From Bacteroidales bacterium UBA3834 (GTDB lineage Bacteria > Bacteroidota > Bacteroidia > Bacteroidales > P3), in the NCBI GenBank assembly GCA_002392965.1, contig DGIA01000010.1:65722-129721 (forward strand): 64,000 bases of DNA, given 5' to 3'. Positions 18,672 to 27,531 of this stretch are shown in pieces; position 1 is the first letter of the stretch, and each line of letters starts with the position of its first letter. The translations under genes and the position numbers were made by a program. The notes under the pieces were generated by a model. The model was given only the letters and a program-made list of their open reading frames with translations, had not been told where the DNA came from and did not search any database.

Positions 18672-19796
18672 TCAATTTCCATTAAAAACTTTTGTCGCTC
18701 GTTCGAATATGCCGTTGCACCAGGCAAGGGCGAGGCCGTAGTTGCTCACGGGAACGCCGGCTTCGAGCGCCGGAAGCAGACGGGCTTTCACCTGCTGGGC
18801 GGTGATGACGCATCCGCCGCATTGTATCACCAGCGCGTATTGTGAGAGGTGGGCAGGAAGGGGCGACTGTCCGCCGATGACTTCGCAAAGCAGCTCTTTG
18901 CCGGTGGCTTTGCGGAGGGCGGCGGGCAGTTTCACGCGGCCGATGTCCTCGCAGGTGACGTTGTGGGTGCAGCTTTCGAGCAGCAGCACGCGGTCGCCGT
19001 CCTTGAGGTTGCCTATCTTGCGGGTGCCTTGAAGGTATTCGAGGAAAAGCCCTTTCTGGCGCGCCAGCACCACGCTGAAGGAGGTGAGGGGCACTGCGTC
19101 GGGCACTATGGCGGCCACCTGCTTGAAGGCCTGGCTGTCGGTAACGACCAGGGCCGGCGGTTCTTTCAATGCCGCCAGGGTCGAGGTCAGCTCGTCGGGC
19201 TGGCAGAAGAAGGCTTGGGCGTGGAGGTCCATCAGGTCGCGCAGCACCTGCACCTGCGGCAGTATCATGCGGCCTTCGGGGGCCGAACTGTCGATGGGGG
19301 TCACCAATACCACGGTGTCGCCAGGAGCGATGATGTCGCCCAGGAGAGAGCGTCCGCGGTAGGCGCTTTCGGGCAGGGCCTCTTTTATTTGTGCGATCAG
19401 GGCTTCCTTGTCGATGGGTGCGGATTTGGTGAGCACTTTGAGCAGCGGTGTGCCGTGCTCTGTGCACCAGCGCTCCACCATCTCCTCCGGCTCGCCGTAG
19501 CAGCCTTCGGTGTAGAGCAGCAGAGCCAGGTCCACTTCGGCCAGGGCGGCCATGCTCTTCTCCACACGCATACGGCCCAGCTCGCCTTCGTCGTCGATGC
19601 CGGCGGTGTCGATGAGCACCACGGGGCCGATGCCGCCGATCTCCATGCTCTTGCGCACGGGGTCGGTGGTGGTGCCGGCGGTGTCGCTGACAATGGCGAT
19701 CTGCTGGCCGGTCAGCCAGTTGATCATGGTGCTTTTGCCGACATTGCGCCGGCCGAAGAATCCGATGCGCGGTTTCAGTTCGTTCCCTTTTTTCAT
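18672..19796 (-). CDS. hydF: [FeFe]-hydrogenase H-cluster maturation GTPase HydF
   Basis: G1 GRRNVGKST and G3 DTAG. C-terminal cluster ligands CTH...HCGGC-type (ESCTHNVTCED...VIQCGGCVIT). Start set at ATG 19796 because the track's N-terminal extension runs through the promoter region. Confidence 0.85.
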   Translation of the reverse strand: MKKGNELKPRIGFFGRRNVGKSTMINWLTGQQIAIVSDTAGTTTDPVRKSMEIGGIGPVVLIDTAGIDDEGELGRMRVEKSMAALAEVDLALLLYTEGCYGEPEEMVERWCTEHGTPLLKVLTKSAPIDKEALIAQIKEALPESAYRGRSLLGDIIAPGDTVVLVTPIDSSAPEGRMILPQVQVLRDLMDLHAQAFFCQPDELTSTLAALKEPPALVVTDSQAFKQVAAIVPDAVPLTSFSVVLARQKGLFLEYLQGTRKIGNLKDGDRVLLLESCTHNVTCEDIGRVKLPAALRKATGKELLCEVIGGQSPLPAHLSQYALVIQCGGCVITAQQVKARLLPALEAGVPVSNYGLALAWCNGIFERATKVFNGN

Positions 19797-19800
19797 GGTG

Positions 19801-19808
19801 CAAAAGTA
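19801..19808 (-). promoter_or_regulatory. -7 box (TACTTTTG on the minus strand) immediately upstream of hydF
   Basis: Exact match ending 4 nt from ATG 19796. This implies a leaderless or near-leaderless mRNA. Confidence 0.45.
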
Positions 19809-19863
19809 CGAATTAAATCGCACACGCGTGTAGAAAGTTTTCAACCTTGTGTGGGAAAAGTCG

Positions 19864-19871
19864 TATCTTTG
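19864..19871 (+). promoter_or_regulatory. -7 box (TATCTTTG) upstream of ORF 19881-20360
   Basis: Exact match 9 nt upstream of ATG 19881. Divergent from the hydF box. Confidence 0.45.
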
Positions 19872-19880
19872 CATCTGGAT

Positions 19881-20360
19881 ATGAAAAGGAGAGTTGCCAT
19901 AATCGGTTTGCTGATAGTGTGTTGCGTGGCTCTAGGGCAAGAAAACGGAGTCACGTTGAAGCCCAATTATCGCAAGATTGCGCGGGTGGTGAAGTCGCCT
20001 TTGAGCCCTTATTTCCTCGACTCGCTGCAGGCACGCTTCTTCCGTTGCGACACCGCCATGACGGTTGACGACCTGCGATGCCTTTATTACGGCGACACAC
20101 TCTACAGCCTTGTGAATGCAGCCGCCATCTATGACCGCAGGTGCCGCCGGTTCGGCCGTGACTCCCGCCAGGCGAACGATGCCTGGTGGCAGTACCAGAT
20201 GCTTGTCACGGCGATATGGAGTACGGGTGACGGGAGCAGGCGCAGGCCGCTGCATGTTGCGTGCCCGGAGGATGCTAGACTTGCGTCGGAAGGGTATGAC
20301 AGCGCCTTGTGGTTCAAGATGAAGGGGAAGCGCAAGTTCTGTGTGTCGCCACAGCGGTGA
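19881..20360 (+). CDS. Small secreted protein, function unknown (possibly DUF4919-like)
   Basis: This is the 3' part of track ORF 18849-20360. Only this part has a signal peptide (MKRRVAIIGLLIVCCVALGQ) and a TAnnTTTG box 9 nt upstream. The rest of that ORF is antisense to hydF. Confidence 0.55.
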   Translation: MKRRVAIIGLLIVCCVALGQENGVTLKPNYRKIARVVKSPLSPYFLDSLQARFFRCDTAMTVDDLRCLYYGDTLYSLVNAAAIYDRRCRRFGRDSRQANDAWWQYQMLVTAIWSTGDGSRRRPLHVACPEDARLASEGYDSALWFKMKGKRKFCVSPQR

Positions 20361-20366
20361 TACTGT

Positions 20367-20455
20367 GTTACCCTTTAGTTACACCTTGGTTACATAGGAG
20401 CTACTCCTTAGGGAGCATAGCGTTGGTATAGGGTTGGTATAGGGTTGGTATAGCC
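20367..20455. repeat. Two adjoining 11-bp-period arrays (GTTACCCTTTA-type, then GGTTGGTATAG x3.5)
   Basis: Read directly. Intergenic, downstream of ORF 19881-20360. Confidence 0.9.
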
Positions 20456-20700
20456 ATTCTGCTTGTATTGTGTTGGGAATTAAATGATTATGGGAATCGG
20501 CAATGTGTACAAGTCTATTGGCATGCCATAGTATGCAGAATTACAATAGGTTGCAGCGTTGTCTATGATTCTGGAACAGCCTTAAACTGTGTGCAAAGAT
20601 ACGAATTATTTTTGATATGTGCAAGTTGTTTTTGAGTTAAACTTATTTATCTGAAATACAGTGTGTTGTGTTTTTTTTTTCTTGCGAATAAAAAAAGTTG

Positions 20701-20708
20701 TATTTTTG
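20701..20708 (+). promoter_or_regulatory. -7 box (TATTTTTG) upstream of T9SS-cargo gene 20769-22091
   Basis: Exact match. It lies inside a 24-mer identical to the kamD promoter segment (42331-42354). Confidence 0.55.
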
Positions 20709-20768
20709 CAGTCGTGAAGGTGGGGTGAACCTGTGGGAATGGAAAACTGCAATATAATTGTTATAATA

Positions 20769-22091
20769 ATGAAAAAGGTATTGTTTATCCTGTCGTTAAT
20801 TGCTGTGGCAGGCAGCGCTATGGCCCAGGGCGGCTTTTATCATCAGGTCGGCGACACGGTGCGCGGCAAAAGCCCCATCTACCACTACGAAAAGGGTTGG
20901 TGGCCAGTCCTCAACGCGATAGGCCATACCGACAGCGTAATCGGTACTTTCGGCGCGTTCGGCTACATGAAACACACCACCAATACCCCGCTGAGGGTGA
21001 TTGGCATTGCCTCGACGGTGGCGCGACTTGACAAGAGTAATCCGACGAACATGCAAGAAGATCTGGACACCAGCATCGACGGCACATTGTACTATGTGCT
21101 GTCAGACGCCACCGCCGGCGGCCTGGTGGAGAGAGCACGCGTCTGCTGGACGGATGATTACGCGACCCATCCCAAACGCTACATGGAGCTGCCGAGAAGG
21201 GGAGGTGGGGTTTCATGCGACCTGATGCAAGACTTCACGGCCATCGTCTCGCTGCGCGAATACTATTTCGACAGCGCCATCACCGTCACCGACTCATTCT
21301 ACCTGGGTTGTGCAACCACTGATCCAACCGTCACCGATTTCGATGGCTTTTCCTATATTGCGTCACACATGTGGGACTACTGCGCCTATGCTGTTTCTCC
21401 TGACGACACCCCAAACCCAAGTATAAAAGATTGTGCAACGGAGGTTCCGGAGTTCACCTATTATGATTCATCAAGGCTCGATAACCAATGGCACCACTTC
21501 ACACACAAGAGATTCCAGCTGATTTTTCCCATCATAGAAGTGGATACCTTCTGTGTCACGCCCGAAGATCCGCAGGTGGTGTATAGGGACAGCGTGAAGG
21601 TGAGGGTGGCATGGACGGACAACAGCAATACCGGCTGGGAGGTGTCGCGCACGGTGCCGAACGGCAACCCCGATGCGGGCCTGATTACTTCGACGTCGGT
21701 GCCCTACATCGAATACACCGACATCGACGATGACAGCAGCTATCACGTCTATGTGCGCGGACATTGCGCGACGGGTGTGTGGACGGGCTGGAGCTCGCCC
21801 TGCACCATCGACACGATTTCCTCTCCAGACCCACACGAGGCTATCGCGGACATCAAAGCCGCTGACTTCACCCTTTCCCCCAACCCGGCCAAGGGCATGG
21901 TGACCCTGAGATGTGCCGAATCCATGCAGGGGAGCGTCGAGATTATCGACATGCAGGGCAAGAGCTGGTGCAGGAAACCGCTAGCCGGCCAGATGACGGA
22001 GATGGACGTGAGTGCATTGCCCGCCGGCGCCTATCTGGTGCGCATAGCCACCGAAAAAGGAAGCACGACGAAGAAACTTTCCGTCGAATAG
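20769..22091 (+). CDS. Secreted protein of unknown function with T9SS C-terminal sorting domain (paralog of 259-1566)
   Basis: Signal peptide MKKVLFILSLIAVAGSAMAQ. The C-terminus FTLSPNPAKGMVTLRC...VEIIDMQGKS...GAYLVRIATEKGSTTKKLSVE is CTD-like. Shares blocks with ORF 259-1566: DTVR, (L/V)xGIAxT and E(F/Y)YFD. Confidence 0.7.
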   Translation: MKKVLFILSLIAVAGSAMAQGGFYHQVGDTVRGKSPIYHYEKGWWPVLNAIGHTDSVIGTFGAFGYMKHTTNTPLRVIGIASTVARLDKSNPTNMQEDLDTSIDGTLYYVLSDATAGGLVERARVCWTDDYATHPKRYMELPRRGGGVSCDLMQDFTAIVSLREYYFDSAITVTDSFYLGCATTDPTVTDFDGFSYIASHMWDYCAYAVSPDDTPNPSIKDCATEVPEFTYYDSSRLDNQWHHFTHKRFQLIFPIIEVDTFCVTPEDPQVVYRDSVKVRVAWTDNSNTGWEVSRTVPNGNPDAGLITSTSVPYIEYTDIDDDSSYHVYVRGHCATGVWTGWSSPCTIDTISSPDPHEAIADIKAADFTLSPNPAKGMVTLRCAESMQGSVEIIDMQGKSWCRKPLAGQMTEMDVSALPAGAYLVRIATEKGSTTKKLSVE

Positions 22092-22157
22092 AGCGCCAGG
22101 CCCACACGCGTGCGCCTGCAGAAGCGGGCGGTTCGGTAAAACGGTGGCTTATTCTCC

Positions 22158-24611
22158 CTATCGCAGTTCCACAACGGTGATGCCCTCGCCGCCGAGTTCC
22201 AGCTTCTCGGGGTGGAAGGAGCGTACGTCGCGGCTGGCACGCAGTTCGTCGCGGATTATCTGCATCAATATGCCGTAGCCTTTGCCGTGCAGGATACGCA
22301 CTTCCTTCTCGGAAAGCAGGAGCGCGTTGTCGAGGAACTGGTGGAGAAGGGCAATGGCCTCTTCGGCGCGATGGCCGCGCAGATCGAGTGTGGGGTTGAA
22401 GTGGGCGCGCTTTTCGTTGATGTCGTCGTAGATGCTGTGGCTTACACTCACCGTTGGCTTCGAGGAGGGTATTTTCTGCTTGGCGGTGCCCGAGAGGCGG
22501 CTCAGAGGGATGGTTATGCGGATGCTGTTGCTCTCGACGACGGCTTTCTTGCCTTTGATTTCCACCACTTGACCGAAGGTCTCTTCGCCGTCGATGCGCA
22601 CGATGCTGCCCACAAGAATGGGCGTTTCTTTATCTCTAACCGAATTGTCCGAATTAATCCGAACTTGGCTTTTTCGGGTTCTTTCGGATTGTTCGGTTAG
22701 AGCTTTGGTGTTCTGTTCTGTGGCTTCTGCCAAGGCTTCGCGGGCCTTGCGGGTGGCTTCTTTCTCGGCTTTGGCGCTCTTGATGTCGCTGATGGTGCGC
22801 TCCACGGTGCGGTTGGCGTCGGAGAGAATCTGTTGGGCCTCGCGCCGTGCGCTGCCAATGATTTCGTGGCGTCGTGCCTGGAGGTTGTCGTTCAGGCGTT
22901 GATACTTTTGAGTTACCTCGTTGAGGAAGTCGTCGGCCACGCGCAACTCCTCTTTCTGGCGCGCTATCTCGCGCTTGTCGATCTCCAGTTGCTGCAGCTG
23001 GTGCTCAAAGTTGAGCTGCTCGCGGCCCACTTTCTCGCCGGCTTTGTCGAGCACTTCTTTGGGGAAGCCGATGCTTTCTGCGATCTCGAAGGCGAAACTG
23101 GAACCCGGATGGCCCACAGCCAACCGGTAGAGCGGCCGCATGGCCTCGGTGTCGAAGAGCATGGCGCCGTTGACCACTCCGGGCATGCGGTCGGCCAGCA
23201 GCTTCAGGTCGGCGAAGTGGGTCGTCACCACCCCGAAGGCCCCTTTGCCGTGGAGTTCTTCCAGCACCGCTTCGGCGATGGCGCATCCGCTTCGCGGTTC
23301 TGTGCCGCCCCCCAGCTCGTCGAGTAGGAAGAGGGTGTCGTCCTTGGCTTCGGAGAGGAGAGCCTTCATGTTTTGTAGATGGGAGGTGTAGGTGGAGAGG
23401 TCGTTGTCGATGCTCTGCTGGTCGCCGATGTCGATGAATATGCTGCCGAACATGCCGCACTCCGACGTGGGTCGCAGCGGCACCGGCATGCCACATTGCA
23501 GCATGTATTGTATCAGTCCTACGGCTTTGAGACATACCGACTTGCCACCGGCGTTGGGGCCGGAGATGATGAGGATTCTTTGCGGTTGGAGGTCGGAGGT
23601 CGGAGGTCGGAGTTGGAGGTTGAATGGGACGACGGCGTCGTGTTTTTGGAGGTAGAGAATCGGGTGCCGTGCATCCATCCATTCTATGCGTGGTTCGGCG
23701 TGCAGTATGGGCACGGTGGCGTTGAGTTCCACCGCCACCCGTGCTTTTGCCCTCAGGAAGTCTATCCTTGCCAGGAAGCGGTAGGCCTCGTCGAGTTGTG
23801 GCAGCAGCGGACGCAGACGGTCGCTGAAGGCTAGCAAGATGCGCTGTATCTCGTGCCGTTCGTCGAATTCCAGCTCCCGCAGGTCGTTGCCGAGCTCCAC
23901 CACCTCGCTGGGTTCCACGAAGGCCGTCTGTCGAGTGGCGCTCTCGTCCTGTATCAGGCCGCGAATCTTGCGGCGGTGGGTGGTGAGCAGGGGGATGACG
24001 GGGCGTCCGTCGCGTATTGTCACCTCGGCGTCAGAAGGAGCCCAGCCCTCGCGTTTGGCACGCGCCAGGGTGCTGTTGACCTGAGCGTCCACCTCCGCTG
24101 CCTTACGGGCTTTGGTGCGCCGTATCTCGGCGAGTGTGGGGGAGGCGTTGTCGAAGAGTTCGCCGTGGTCGTCGATGAGTTTGCCAAGCAGCGAGTTGAT
24201 GATGTTGAGCTGCGAGCTTTTGCCGCCGTATCCCAGTTCCACCTCGATGGCTTCGTTGCGCAAAGCCTCATACTGCATGTGCTCCTCGGCGGTGAGGAAA
24301 TGGTAGCATTCTCGTATGGTGCGCAGCGAGAGCTTGAGGTCGAAGAGGCTCTCCATCGGAATGACCGTGTTGCCCACGCGCAGGTGGGTGAGTATCGGAG
24401 TGAGGTCGATGAAGTCCTGCTGGGGGAATCCGTTCTCCATGAGCACTATCTGGCGCATCTCCTCCACAATCTTCAGTTCATGGCTCAGCGTCTCATAGTC
24501 GGTCATGTAGTGCATCTCGTCCGTCATGCGGACGGCGAGGGCGTTGGTGCATTGCTCTGCCACCATCTGGCGGATGCGGTCGAATCCCAGTTTCTGTTCA
24601 ATATTGTACAT
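22158..24611 (-). CDS. mutS2: Endonuclease MutS2 (MutS-II ATPase with C-terminal Smr domain)
   Basis: Walker A GPNAGGKS and DELGGGTEP. C-terminal Smr (LDLRGHRAEEA...ILHGKGYGIL). 817 aa. Confidence 0.93.
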   Translation of the reverse strand: MYNIEQKLGFDRIRQMVAEQCTNALAVRMTDEMHYMTDYETLSHELKIVEEMRQIVLMENGFPQQDFIDLTPILTHLRVGNTVIPMESLFDLKLSLRTIRECYHFLTAEEHMQYEALRNEAIEVELGYGGKSSQLNIINSLLGKLIDDHGELFDNASPTLAEIRRTKARKAAEVDAQVNSTLARAKREGWAPSDAEVTIRDGRPVIPLLTTHRRKIRGLIQDESATRQTAFVEPSEVVELGNDLRELEFDERHEIQRILLAFSDRLRPLLPQLDEAYRFLARIDFLRAKARVAVELNATVPILHAEPRIEWMDARHPILYLQKHDAVVPFNLQLRPPTSDLQPQRILIISGPNAGGKSVCLKAVGLIQYMLQCGMPVPLRPTSECGMFGSIFIDIGDQQSIDNDLSTYTSHLQNMKALLSEAKDDTLFLLDELGGGTEPRSGCAIAEAVLEELHGKGAFGVVTTHFADLKLLADRMPGVVNGAMLFDTEAMRPLYRLAVGHPGSSFAFEIAESIGFPKEVLDKAGEKVGREQLNFEHQLQQLEIDKREIARQKEELRVADDFLNEVTQKYQRLNDNLQARRHEIIGSARREAQQILSDANRTVERTISDIKSAKAEKEATRKAREALAEATEQNTKALTEQSERTRKSQVRINSDNSVRDKETPILVGSIVRIDGEETFGQVVEIKGKKAVVESNSIRITIPLSRLSGTAKQKIPSSKPTVSVSHSIYDDINEKRAHFNPTLDLRGHRAEEAIALLHQFLDNALLLSEKEVRILHGKGYGILMQIIRDELRASRDVRSFHPEKLELGGEGITVVELR

Positions 24612-24645
24612 AGTAGTTAAGAGGATAGTAGTTAAGTAGTTGAAG
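24611..24645. repeat. CTTAACTACT-family repeat, inverted orientation (TAGTAGTTAAGAGGATAGTAGTTAAGTAGTTGAAG)
   Basis: Lies between the mutS2 start and the amidase gene stop. Confidence 0.85.
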
Positions 24646-24656
24646 AAAATGTTTTG

Positions 24657-25409
24657 TTAGTCGAAATCGAGATATAGGGGCCAATGTTGGCGGAAGGTGT
24701 CCAGCTTTCCCTTGTCGAGGGTGACGGTGACGAGTTGGTCAACGCCGGCTTCGGCTTCTGCCAGGGGAAATCCTTTGAAGTCGATGAGGGCGCTGTTGCC
24801 GGTGTAGTTGCCACCTACGCCATCCACTCCGCTTCGGTTGCATCCCAGCACGTAGCAGAGGTTCTCGATGGCGCGGGCCTTGATCAGGGTGGTCCATGCC
24901 TGGTGGCGGCTGCCCGGCCAGTTGGCACAGACGAGCAGTAGGTCGTAGTCGAGATGGTCGTTGCGCAGCCACTTGGGGAAGCGGAGGTCGTAGCAGACGG
25001 CGGGTTTGATCTTCCATCCTTTGTATTCGAACACCTTGCGCTGTGTGCCGCGGCAGATGATGTCGTACTCGCCGCTGACGCGGAAGGTGTGGGCTTTGTC
25101 GTAGGTGCCGTAGGTGCCGTCGGGAAAGATCCAGTGCAGGCGGTTGTAGCATTTTCCTTTTTCTTTAACAATCCAGGTGCCAACAAACAGCAGGTCGTGC
25201 TTGGAGGCCATCTCCTGTGCCCAGCGCAGGGTCGGACCTTCGGGCACTTCGGCCAGGGCTGCCATGTGGTCGCCGAAGCCGGTGGTGAAGGTTTCCGGGA
25301 CCACAAAGATGTCGCTCCTGGGCGCCGTGGCCAGCACCTTTTCAACATTGCGGCGGTTGGCTTCGGCATCGCCCCAGACGATATTCTGCTGGTAGAAGGT
25401 TACGACCAT
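24657..25409 (-). CDS. Nitrilase-superfamily amidohydrolase (omega-amidase YafV-like)
   Basis: CN-hydrolase triad context: VVPETF (Glu), a Lys region, and VCYDLRFP (Cys). 250 aa. Confidence 0.85.
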   Translation of the reverse strand: MVVTFYQQNIVWGDAEANRRNVEKVLATAPRSDIFVVPETFTTGFGDHMAALAEVPEGPTLRWAQEMASKHDLLFVGTWIVKEKGKCYNRLHWIFPDGTYGTYDKAHTFRVSGEYDIICRGTQRKVFEYKGWKIKPAVCYDLRFPKWLRNDHLDYDLLLVCANWPGSRHQAWTTLIKARAIENLCYVLGCNRSGVDGVGGNYTGNSALIDFKGFPLAEAEAGVDQLVTVTLDKGKLDTFRQHWPLYLDFD

Positions 25410-26308
25410 TGCTTTGCTTGTTCTAAATCGGTTAGTAGCTGATGCTGTAAGGCTTCGGCGGTGTTGAAGCGTACAATGTCGCGCAGGCGGTGCAGGAACT
25501 CCACGGTGACGGTTTGGCCATAGAGGTCGCCGTGGAAGTCGAGGAGGTGCGCTTCCAAAAGCGGTTTCTCTACGCCGAAGGTTGGGGCTGCGCCGAGGTT
25601 GGCCATGCCTGCGTGACCGTTGATTCGCACGGCATAGACACCTTCCTTGGGCAGCATCTTGCGGGTGCCGTCCAGCGAGATGTTGGCCGTCGGGAAACCC
25701 AGAGTGTGGCCCACGCCGCGTCCGTGCTGCACCGTGCCGCTGACGCTGTAGGGACGTCCCAGTAGGGTGGCGGTCTCCTCGACGGCACCGCTTGTCAGAC
25801 TCTCGCGTATGCGGCTTGAACTGATGGGCTCACCGTCCAACAGGAATGGCACTCCGCGTTGGAGCGTGAAACCCAGCTCGGTGGCCAGCTGCGGCAGTCG
25901 GTCGAAGTCGTCGTTCTGCTTTGAGCCGAAGCGACTGTCGTATCCCAGCAGCAGGGCGCGCATATTCAACTCCTTATATAGTATGGTCGCCATCTCGCAG
26001 GCACTCAAGCGGGCCACCTCGGCAGTGAAGGGTATCACGGCCACATATTTCATGCCTGCCTCAAAGAGGAGCTTCAGGTGCTCCTCCGGGTCGTCGAGCC
26101 AGTACTCGCTGTCGCGGCGGCCGAGGACGAAGGAGGGATGCGATGTGAGCGTTACTGCTAAAGTGGAAAGTTGGGGGTGGAAAGAGGTTAATTGTGACAG
26201 AAGGTGCTGGTGGCCGAGATGCACGCCGTCGAAGACACCGACGGTGACGGCTGTTTCTTCGTGGATAGCTTCGATTGGCCCGTTTATATCGTAGAGTTGG
26301 AAGGTCAT
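25400..26308 (-). CDS. ribF: Bifunctional riboflavin kinase / FAD synthetase
   Basis: VGVFDGVHLGHQHLL, GFPTANI and the kinase C-terminus LEAHLLDFHGDLYG. Start set at ATG 26308, which forms an ATGA overlap with the upstream stop. The track's 125-aa N-extension overlaps the upstream gene. Confidence 0.92.
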   Translation of the reverse strand: MTFQLYDINGPIEAIHEETAVTVGVFDGVHLGHQHLLSQLTSFHPQLSTLAVTLTSHPSFVLGRRDSEYWLDDPEEHLKLLFEAGMKYVAVIPFTAEVARLSACEMATILYKELNMRALLLGYDSRFGSKQNDDFDRLPQLATELGFTLQRGVPFLLDGEPISSSRIRESLTSGAVEETATLLGRPYSVSGTVQHGRGVGHTLGFPTANISLDGTRKMLPKEGVYAVRINGHAGMANLGAAPTFGVEKPLLEAHLLDFHGDLYGQTVTVEFLHRLRDIVRFNTAEALQHQLLTDLEQAKQWS

Positions 26309-27531
26309 TTCAGACGGAAGGATGGTTTGAAGAGTACGGAGCAGCCGAAGGAATACTGCAAGCGGCGCTCGTCGGGATAGTAGTAGCCCGATGCCTCGAG
26401 CCGGAGCATGCAAGGTTGGTGCCCCGAAGTCCAAATGTGCGAGGCTTTGGCGACGAGCACCTGCGTACGGTTGAATAATAGGGTGGGGGTGAGCGCCGAG
26501 AGATTGCTGAAAAGCCAGCTGCCTAGCAGAGGTACGAAGTCCTTGCCGTACCAATAGCTCATGGTCAGTTCTGTCTCCGACTTCTCTCGCGGGAAGCGCA
26601 GGTTCAGCTCGGGATAGACACCCCAGCCCGATGAAAACGGAACCGCGGGGTTTCCGCGCTGGTTGTACCACATCGTGCGGCAACTGAGGTCGATATAGAT
26701 GTTACCTGCATCATAGGATCCACCCAAGCCTGTGGAGAGGTTGAAGTTGTTGTTGATCCGGTGGCTCACTGCCATATTCTGCCCACCTTCGTGCTGGCCG
26801 ACAGCGTGGAATGGCAGGTAGAGTTGTACTTCGCCCCAATACGTCCGCAGTTTGCCTGACAGGCCTGCTGTGAAACGCTCGGGTACTGTGCTTTGGTTCC
26901 AGATATATTCACGCCAGTCAACCCATAGGTCGGCCTCGGCATGACTACCCTCATAGGTCAGTTCTACACCCGCCTCGGGGTCGGCCACATAGAGCAGGTC
27001 GGGGTCGTAGAGCGGCAGTGGCAGCAGGTGTGTGCTGTTGCCCAAGCTGCCGAGGGTGAGCTGCAGATGTTCGTTGAAGGTCATCCTTGCCTGCAACCAG
27101 GGCAGCAAGTGGAGACGGTTGATACTGTAGGTATTTACTGGCCAAGGATTGGTGCTTAGAAGGGAGGGGTAGTTGCGGGCTCCCCATAGGTTCAGCCAAT
27201 GGAAGCCGCCCTCGAGTGTAAAACCTTTCCCCCACAGCAATTCATGATTCTTCCACAACACCAGTCGCGGCCTCAGAACGAACCCCGGCAGGGTGTAGCC
27301 GCTGATGCGGTTGCCGAAGTATTCGTTGTCGATAAAGAACACCTGACCGTCGATGTCGAGCGAAAGCCAACCGAAGACGGTGGTGTCTATGTGGTCGGGT
27401 GCGTAGGGAGGGGGAGTGTCTGTTGTTGCATTGGGACGAATGGGTTCAATGGATTGAGTGGGTTTGGCATGGGCGGTGCCCGTCAAACCCACTAAACCTA
27501 TTAAGCCTATCAGACCCAGCAATCGCCTCAT
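26305..27531 (-). CDS. Predicted outer-membrane beta-barrel protein, function unknown
   Basis: Signal peptide ending TGTAHA and a beta-strand-like alternating pattern. 4-nt overlaps with both neighbours suggest operon membership. Confidence 0.55.
   Translation of the reverse strand: MRRLLGLIGLIGLVGLTGTAHAKPTQSIEPIRPNATTDTPPPYAPDHIDTTVFGWLSLDIDGQVFFIDNEYFGNRISGYTLPGFVLRPRLVLWKNHELLWGKGFTLEGGFHWLNLWGARNYPSLLSTNPWPVNTYSINRLHLLPWLQARMTFNEHLQLTLGSLGNSTHLLPLPLYDPDLLYVADPEAGVELTYEGSHAEADLWVDWREYIWNQSTVPERFTAGLSGKLRTYWGEVQLYLPFHAVGQHEGGQNMAVSHRINNNFNLSTGLGGSYDAGNIYIDLSCRTMWYNQRGNPAVPFSSGWGVYPELNLRFPREKSETELTMSYWYGKDFVPLLGSWLFSNLSALTPTLLFNRTQVLVAKASHIWTSGHQPCMLRLEASGYYYPDERRLQYSFGCSVLFKPSFRLK

Noticed and set aside
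18849-19880. The 5' two-thirds of the 503-aa ORF 18849-20360.
   Set aside because: This part is antisense to hydF and has a shadow-ORF composition. Only the 3' 480 nt (from ATG 19881) has a promoter box and a signal peptide.
26309-26683. 125-aa N-terminal extension of the RibF ORF.
   Set aside because: It overlaps the 3' end of the upstream outer-membrane protein gene, has an Arg/Pro/Ala-rich nonsense composition, and precedes a clean ATGA-coupled start at 26308.
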